32,000 nt of DNA from Archaeoglobus fulgidus DSM 4304 (lineage in GTDB: Archaea > Halobacteriota > Archaeoglobi > Archaeoglobales > Archaeoglobaceae): the NCBI RefSeq assembly GCF_000008665.1, contig NC_000917.1, positions 780,001 to 812,000 of the forward strand, given 5' to 3'. Each line of letters opens with the position of its first letter. Positions within the stretch are counted from its first letter, which is position 1. Under the pieces are notes generated by a model. The model was not told the origin of the DNA. It made no database searches and saw only the letters and a list, made by a program, of their open reading frames with translations. Both the position numbers and the translations under genes were made by a program. Positions 26,238 to 32,000 of this stretch are shown here, one piece after another.

Positions 26238-26762
26238 ATGGTGAGGGTTGTCGTGGGCTCGAAAAATCCAACGAAAATTGAAGGGGCGAGGCGGGCCTTT
26301 GAGCAGTATTTCGACGATGTGGAAATTGTGGGTGTTGAGGTCAGCACCTCAGCCCCACCACAGCCCTTCGATGCTGAAACAGTGAGGGGGGCTATAGAGA
26401 GGGCGAAGAAAGCCTACTCACCTGATTTCGACTTCTCAGTCGGAATAGAGGCAGGACTTTTCCGCTCTGAGTGCACGATAACGGGCTACCTCGACTTTCA
26501 GGTTGCCGCTGTTTACGATGGGGAGAGATGCACAATCGGATTCGGACCGGGATTTGAGTACCCAAAACTGGTAGTTGAGGAGGTTCTGAAGGGGAAAGAG
26601 GTTGGAGAAGTGATGGAGAAGGTTTCAGGGATAAAAAACCTTGGCAAAAAGGTGGGGGCCGTGCACTACCTCAGCAAGGGGGCAATATCGAGAACCGACC
26701 TCTCAAGAATCTCCGTAACAATGGCTCTAATCCCCTTCATCAACCGAGAAATGTACCTATGA
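26238..26762 (+). CDS. Non-canonical purine NTP phosphatase (inosine/xanthosine triphosphatase, YjjX/DUF84 family)
   Basis: The ATG at 26238 gives MVRVVVGSKNPTKIEGARRAF, the characteristic N-terminus of the YjjX family. 174 aa. Confidence 0.75.
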   Translation: MVRVVVGSKNPTKIEGARRAFEQYFDDVEIVGVEVSTSAPPQPFDAETVRGAIERAKKAYSPDFDFSVGIEAGLFRSECTITGYLDFQVAAVYDGERCTIGFGPGFEYPKLVVEEVLKGKEVGEVMEKVSGIKNLGKKVGAVHYLSKGAISRTDLSRISVTMALIPFINREMYL

Positions 26763-27571
26763 GGGTCATAAGGGAATTCGACCCGTGGAAATCGCCCCTA
26801 TGCACCTGCCCGGAGAAGTACTCCTTCAACCCCTACACCGGCTGCGCTCACGGCTGCCTTTACTGCTACGCCACCTACATCCCCAGCTTCTTCAAGCTCA
26901 GAGAGAAGAGGAACCTTTTCAGAAATCTTGAGAGAGACCTTCAGGAGCTTCCAGCAAACGCTCTCATCTCAATGTCCAACAGCTCCGACCCCTACCCGCC
27001 AGTTGAGAAAGCAAGGGAGATTACGAGAAAGTGTCTCGAAATCATGAAAGACTACGACGTCAGGGTGATGGTTGTTACGAAGAGCGATATTGTGGTTAGA
27101 GACCTCAGGCTGCTGAGTGAAATGCGAAGTGCGGTCAGCATCACCATAACAGGCCTCGATGAGTTTGAGCCAAACGCTCCACCAACTGAAAAAAGAATAG
27201 AAGCGCTGAAAGCGGTTAAAGATGCGGGAATTCCAGCTGTTCTGCGCTTAGACCCCGTAATTCCGGGAGTGAACGACTCGAAGCTTGATATTATCGAGAA
27301 GGCTATGCCCGACCACGTTGTAACCTCCACCCTTAAACTGAAAGCCGACTCACTGGCAAGAATGGCGAAAAAGCTGCCGTGGCTGAAAAGAATTGAGTTT
27401 GAGAGAAAGGGTGCCTACAGATATTTCCCTGAAGAGGTGCGGAGAAGGGTTCTATTCAAAATAAAGAGCTTCTGTGAAGAAATCGGAGTCGGTGTGGGGT
27501 TCTGCAGGGAAGGTTTCGAATTCCCCTCTAAATCCTGTGACGGTAGTCACCTTATTGACCACGTTAAATAG
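26759..27571 (+). CDS. Radical SAM protein (SplB/COG1533-like)
   Basis: CxxxCxxC motif in GCAHGCLYCYA near the N-terminus. 270 aa. ATGA overlap with the upstream gene. Confidence 0.8.
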   Translation: MRVIREFDPWKSPLCTCPEKYSFNPYTGCAHGCLYCYATYIPSFFKLREKRNLFRNLERDLQELPANALISMSNSSDPYPPVEKAREITRKCLEIMKDYDVRVMVVTKSDIVVRDLRLLSEMRSAVSITITGLDEFEPNAPPTEKRIEALKAVKDAGIPAVLRLDPVIPGVNDSKLDIIEKAMPDHVVTSTLKLKADSLARMAKKLPWLKRIEFERKGAYRYFPEEVRRRVLFKIKSFCEEIGVGVGFCREGFEFPSKSCDGSHLIDHVK

Positions 27572-27591
27572 ACTGGAAAATTTTTAAATAT

Positions 27592-28089
27592 ATGAGGGAA
27601 GAAGACAGAAGAGGAGGTGTAAAATTGAGCCTTACAAGGCTGTTTCTTCATGAAAGAACTGTAGAGATTATTCTTAGAATCCTCAAAGCTGAGGAGAACG
27701 GAGAAAAGATATACCCGCTTCAAATTTCAACTGATATCGGTTCACCGTACAGCTACGTTTCAAAGGTTTTGGGAGAGCTCGAAAAGTGCTCTCTCGTCGA
27801 AAGCAGGCCTGAAGGCAGGATGAGGGTCGTTTCATTGACGCCCTACGGGAAGGTGGTAGCTTCGATGCTCAGGGACCTCTACACAGAGCTTGAAAAGGAC
27901 TTCAACTCAAGAATGAAGCTCGACATCCTCAAGGACGTTTACAGCAATGCAAACGGAGACGTCAGAGTTTACCTTCCCGTAATGGCGGAACTGGAGATGC
28001 TTGCCAAGTCAACTAATGATGGCTTCGTTGTCGAGGAGGCTAAAAAACTGATATCGGAAGTTAAGAGAAAAATAGAGGGGGCGAAATGA
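27592..28089 (+). CDS. Winged-helix transcriptional regulator (ArsR/MarR-like)
   Basis: wHTH pattern YPLQISTDIGSPYSYVSKVLGELEKCSLVESRPEGRMRVVSLTPYG. An alternative in-frame TTG start at 27625 lies 5 nt after GGAGGTG. The stop overlaps the next gene (ATGA). Confidence 0.7.
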   Translation: MREEDRRGGVKLSLTRLFLHERTVEIILRILKAEENGEKIYPLQISTDIGSPYSYVSKVLGELEKCSLVESRPEGRMRVVSLTPYGKVVASMLRDLYTELEKDFNSRMKLDILKDVYSNANGDVRVYLPVMAELEMLAKSTNDGFVVEEAKKLISEVKRKIEGAK

Positions 28090-29297
28090 GGATTGTGGAG
28101 GCGGTTGAAGACTTCAGAGATGACATGGTCAAAACGCTTTGCGATTTGATTGAAATAAAAGCCATAGCCCCTGAGTTCGGAGGGGACGGGGAGTACAAGA
28201 AGGCGGAGTATTTGATGAAGCACCTCGAAGGTTTTGACAGCGTTGAGAGGTACGACGTTGAGGATGACAGAGTTAGCGACGGTGTGAGGCCCAACATAGT
28301 CGCCAAGGTTAAGGGCGTCCTCGAAAAAACAATCTGGATTGTTGCCCATCTTGACGTCGTTCCCGAGGGTGATGAAAGGCTGTGGGAAACTCCACCCTTC
28401 AAGGGAATCGTTAAGAACGGAAGGATTTACGGAAGGGGAAGCGAGGACAACGGTCAGAGCTTAGTGTCATCGCTTTACGCAGCGAAAGCCATCGTTGAAA
28501 GCGGCCTGACTCCAAAGTACAGCCTCGGCCTTGTTTACGTGGCTGACGAGGAGGCGGGAAGCAACTACGGAATAAAGCACCTTCTCAAGCAGAACATTTT
28601 CGACAGGGAGGACATGTTTGTCGTTCCGGACATCGGAACGCCCAAAGGGGATATGATAGAGATTGCTGAGAAGAGCATTTTGTGGCTGAAGTTCGTCGTT
28701 CACGGTCAGCAGAGCCACGCAAGCATGCCGTCAGGCCTGAACGCAAACAGAAGGGCCATGGAGTTCATACTTGACCTGGACAGAAAGCTTCATTCGAAGT
28801 TCAACGCAAGAAACAGGCTATTCGTTCCGCCCTACTCCACTTTCGAGCCAACAAAGAGGGAGAAGAATGTGGACAACATTAACACCATTCCCGGCCTCGA
28901 CGTGAGCTACATGGACTGCAGGATAATTCCTGACTACGACGTGGAGGAGGTGCTGGACTACATAGAGGACATCAGGAGCTTCCACCAGATGAGGGGCAAC
29001 AGCAAGATTGAAATTGAAGTGGTGCAAAAGGTGTCCTCCCCGCCAACCCCCGAAACAGCCCACATAATCGAAAGGCTGAGACACACGATAGAGGAGCTAA
29101 GAGGTTTCAGGCCGAAGGTTTACGGAATTGGCGGCAACACATGCGCTTCGTTTTTCAGGAAAAGCGGTTTCACCGAAACTGCTGCATGGTGCACCGCAGA
29201 CGGTGTCGCTCACCAGGCAAACGAGTACTGCGTAATAGACAACATGGTTGAGGACGCAAAGGTTTTCGCCCTTCTGCCCTTCGATCCGGGATATTAG
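28086..29297 (+). CDS. M20-family metallopeptidase/deacylase (ArgE/DapE/ACY1 family)
   Basis: 403 aa. AHLDVVPEG, GRGSEDNGQS, ADEEAGS and a dimerisation-domain insert are typical of M20 enzymes. The substrate cannot be assigned. Confidence 0.85.
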   Translation: MRIVEAVEDFRDDMVKTLCDLIEIKAIAPEFGGDGEYKKAEYLMKHLEGFDSVERYDVEDDRVSDGVRPNIVAKVKGVLEKTIWIVAHLDVVPEGDERLWETPPFKGIVKNGRIYGRGSEDNGQSLVSSLYAAKAIVESGLTPKYSLGLVYVADEEAGSNYGIKHLLKQNIFDREDMFVVPDIGTPKGDMIEIAEKSILWLKFVVHGQQSHASMPSGLNANRRAMEFILDLDRKLHSKFNARNRLFVPPYSTFEPTKREKNVDNINTIPGLDVSYMDCRIIPDYDVEEVLDYIEDIRSFHQMRGNSKIEIEVVQKVSSPPTPETAHIIERLRHTIEELRGFRPKVYGIGGNTCASFFRKSGFTETAAWCTADGVAHQANEYCVIDNMVEDAKVFALLPFDPGY

Positions 29298-29668
29298 AGT
29301 TCAATTCCACTTATTTTCTCGTAAAAAGCCGAAATCTCCTCGACCTTCGAAATTTCCTTTCTTACGTTGCTGAAAATCTTTCTCTTAATCTCAACGTCCG
29401 GAATCTTTCCGTAAGTTTTCAGAGCTTCTACGAGGCCCTTTTCTATCTCCATTCCTTTTGCATCCGAATCTGTCAGAATTATGACTTTTCTGTCCTTTAA
29501 AGTGTCGGCGGTTGATGCGTAGCCCGTAAACACAACAATCTCACCGCTCACCCCTATCGCCCTCAGAGACCTGACGTCCTTTTTCCCCTCCACCACCACA
29601 ACCCAGCCGTTCTCCGATTTCTCCTTCAGTTCGTCAATGGCTTCAAAAAATGGCTTATAATCCTCCAT
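29294..29668 (-). CDS. Small stand-alone Toprim-domain protein (124 aa)
   Basis: Toprim acidic motifs VVVEGKKDV (E) and ILTDSDAKG (DxD). Overlaps the upstream gene by 14 nt. Confidence 0.75.
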   Translation of the reverse strand: MEDYKPFFEAIDELKEKSENGWVVVVEGKKDVRSLRAIGVSGEIVVFTGYASTADTLKDRKVIILTDSDAKGMEIEKGLVEALKTYGKIPDVEIKRKIFSNVRKEISKVEEISAFYEKISGIEL

Positions 29669-31139
29669 ACCTGATTCCCGGCTCTATCTGAACGATAACG
29701 TCCGCGATAACACCCCTTTTCATCCCTCCTCTGACGACGGTGAAGGAGTTGAAGTAAACAGTCCTGACTTTCCCAAGCTCCTCCTCGCTCGCCCCGAACT
29801 TCTTCGCCACTTCAACGACCTTCTCCTTTGCTACCTCTAGAATCTGCTCATCGTCCGGCAAGCTACCCGGTTTGAAGGGGCAGCTTTCGGTGTGGCCGTT
29901 GTACGCTGCAAAGCACTTTTCCGTATCAATGCGAACGTAGAGAGTGAGGCTCACCCTTGAAACTGCCACACCAACGGCGTTTGCCGACTCGTAGTGGTCA
30001 GGGATTACATATTCAACCCCTGCAGCCTTTGCAACCTCGGGAATGAGATACGGTGCCAGGTAACCCGTGCCTACTATCTTTTTGCAGCCTATCTCCCTCA
30101 CCGTTGTCGCTGCAAGAGAAACAAATTGATTAAGGGCTTTCTCAACGTCACACTCATACTTTCTCGAGCTTCTGTAGTCTCCAATTTCGTATCCAGCGCA
30201 GTTCAAAGCGTCGGTGAGCGTGAAACTCTCTCCTCCAAAGGCGATAGGTTTTGAGCAGACTGGAACGAGCTTTCCGTTTTCAACCACCGAATCCCCACCA
30301 AACGGAATGCTGACAGAGTCAACGCACCTTATCAGCGTCTTCCTTCCGGCAAGCTCTATCCCCTCTACTATCTTCGGCATTCCGTCAATAACCTCAACAA
30401 AGTCCGTTGAAGTCCCCCCTATGTCGACAACCAGAGCGTTCTTCTCCCCCGTCAGATAAACGGCACCAAGAGCCACAGCGGCAGGAGATGAGTTGTACAG
30501 CTCTGAAGGATTGTTGAGGGCTATCGTGTACGGCACAATTCCTCCATCCCCTTTGAAGTAGTAGAAATCCCCGGCATAAGCTTTAATCAGCTCGGTGAGC
30601 CTGTAAACAGTCTCCCTTATTTTGGCGTTTACTACAGTCGTGTGAATTCTCGCAGGATAGTTCATCCCACCTGCATAGTGACTCAGGGCAATTCTGTAGT
30701 CTTCCACATAATTTCTCACAATCTCAGCCACTCTGTCCTCCAGAGAACCGTTTCTGACCGAAAATTTTGATGAAATCGCTACGTTATCGTAGGAATTTTC
30801 CCTGAAGATTGCCGCAATTTCGTACTCATCGATGTCCTCAACAACGTCTCCCCTGTGGTTTACATAGCCCTTCAAAACCTCACCATACTCAGAGTAATTC
30901 AACCCCGGCCCAGGTATTACGAGGCTGAGAGTGCGGGACTCGCTAAACTTTGAAATGATGAGGTTTAACGGCCAGGACGTGCTAACAACAACCTTTTCCT
31001 CGATTAGGTTAGCTTCCTTCGAAATCTCCTTGAGAATTCCACCTATTCCCGCCTCATTCGGGAGCTTAATCGTTTTGATTTCGTCAGAAACAATAGCAGC
31101 GTCCGTGTTGGTTCCACCAACGTCAATCCCAATTATCAT
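29655..31139 (-). CDS. Hydantoinase/oxoprolinase-family ATPase (ASKHA fold)
   Basis: 494 aa. N-terminal phosphate-1 motif MIIGIDVGGTNTDAA and a second DIGGTSTD motif. Confidence 0.8.
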   Translation of the reverse strand: MIIGIDVGGTNTDAAIVSDEIKTIKLPNEAGIGGILKEISKEANLIEEKVVVSTSWPLNLIISKFSESRTLSLVIPGPGLNYSEYGEVLKGYVNHRGDVVEDIDEYEIAAIFRENSYDNVAISSKFSVRNGSLEDRVAEIVRNYVEDYRIALSHYAGGMNYPARIHTTVVNAKIRETVYRLTELIKAYAGDFYYFKGDGGIVPYTIALNNPSELYNSSPAAVALGAVYLTGEKNALVVDIGGTSTDFVEVIDGMPKIVEGIELAGRKTLIRCVDSVSIPFGGDSVVENGKLVPVCSKPIAFGGESFTLTDALNCAGYEIGDYRSSRKYECDVEKALNQFVSLAATTVREIGCKKIVGTGYLAPYLIPEVAKAAGVEYVIPDHYESANAVGVAVSRVSLTLYVRIDTEKCFAAYNGHTESCPFKPGSLPDDEQILEVAKEKVVEVAKKFGASEEELGKVRTVYFNSFTVVRGGMKRGVIADVIVQIEPGIRYGGL

Positions 31140-31171
31140 TAACTTGACGAATTCGTGTGATTTAAAAAAGC

Positions 31172-32000
31172 TTATCGTTTTTCATGGACAAATAAAATCA
31201 GCACCGCCGAAACCACTGATGCAGCGAGGCAAAAGGAGAACGCGAGTGAGTATGCTTCCGGAGGATAGGAGCCATCAACCATCCCCACCGTGTCCATAAG
31301 ATAGCCCATGAAAACCTGGAAGAGGGCTCCGCCAAAGAAGGGGAAAACGTTTACGATGCTTGTCGCCAGACCGGTAACTTCGAGCGGGTAAGACTCCTTA
31401 ATCAGGGCGTAGGCAACCGGACCCGCAGCGCTGAAAAGGCCAATAAGAAATGATATTGCGTACAGCTGGAATACCGTGAGGCTGGCCGTGAAGAAGACGA
31501 GCGGAGCCATCGTAAAGGTGAATCCGATACCCGCAGCAACGAGGAACCACTTTCTCGTTCTGAAAACCTTGTCTGAGAGGAATCCTATGATTGGCGCTCC
31601 CAGAATCGTTCCGAGACCGACCATCATCAACACACCGCCAGCCTCTTCCCTCTGCATTCCGTAGACGTCCATTAGGTACGGACCACCCCACAGCCCCTGG
31701 TAGCCCATTACGATGCCGTATCTCAGAAAGGCAGACGTGGCGATTAACCAGACAACCGGGTTGAGCACCACCACGCGAAAATTAGTCGCAAACCTCCCAC
31801 CCTCTCTGGACTTTTCCAAAACTCCTCCCGGTGAATCCCTCACGAAAATCCAGCAACTGAGAGCAAGAACAAAGGTAATTGCCCCAATGAAGAGAAACGT
31901 GACCCTCCATCCGAACAGAGAGACCATCGTTGCAAGCGGATAGGCCGAAACTAATGCACCCATATTGCCCACAGCGAACAGCACGCCTGTCAAGGTGGCA
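31172..32000 (-). CDS. MFS transporter (C-terminal part; the gene continues beyond the window)
   Basis: Polytopic hydrophobic ORF, open to the window edge. About six TM helices are visible, the length expected of half an MFS protein. Confidence 0.75.
   Translation of the reverse strand, partial: ATLTGVLFAVGNMGALVSAYPLATMVSLFGWRVTFLFIGAITFVLALSCWIFVRDSPGGVLEKSREGGRFATNFRVVVLNPVVWLIATSAFLRYGIVMGYQGLWGGPYLMDVYGMQREEAGGVLMMVGLGTILGAPIIGFLSDKVFRTRKWFLVAAGIGFTFTMAPLVFFTASLTVFQLYAISFLIGLFSAAGPVAYALIKESYPLEVTGLATSIVNVFPFFGGALFQVFMGYLMDTVGMVDGSYPPEAYSLAFSFCLAASVVSAVLILFVHEKR

Overview
No tools were used, so every product call rests on motifs read by eye and on recollection of protein families. None rests on a database search.

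The window is a densely coding chromosomal segment of an Archaeoglobus-type euryarchaeon. The organism call is from memory: the F420H2:NADP+ oxidoreductase (Fno) and the 305-aa tandem-repeat tRNA-splicing endonuclease (EndA) look like the A. fulgidus proteins. An archaeal SRP (7S) RNA, an intron-containing tRNA, and H4MPT/F420-related genes fit this.

I support about 35 CDS. These include a 53-aa rubredoxin that is missing from the ORF track. There are two tRNAs: tRNA-Arg(CCG) on the minus strand and tRNA-Glu(UUC) with a 16-nt intron. There is one SRP RNA.

Most of the window is ordinary housekeeping:
- thiI, mptE, gatD, argH, argS, endA and fno
- a BMP-type ABC transporter
- three PAS-type sensor/kinase genes
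- an AbfD-like dehydratase

The exception is a 4.4-kb accessory block (20068-24481) between argS and the tatD-endA operon. It contains:
- a frameshifted IS6-like element with intact 8-bp target-site duplications
- a sharply AT-rich two-gene cassette (21239-22339 and 22346-23443)
- about 0.9 kb of broken reading frames

The cassette's second protein carries a clear PD-(D/E)xK nuclease signature (D86 ... E101-x-K103). The first protein has no motif I recognise. This cassette is my best candidate for an undescribed nuclease-based defence or addiction module.
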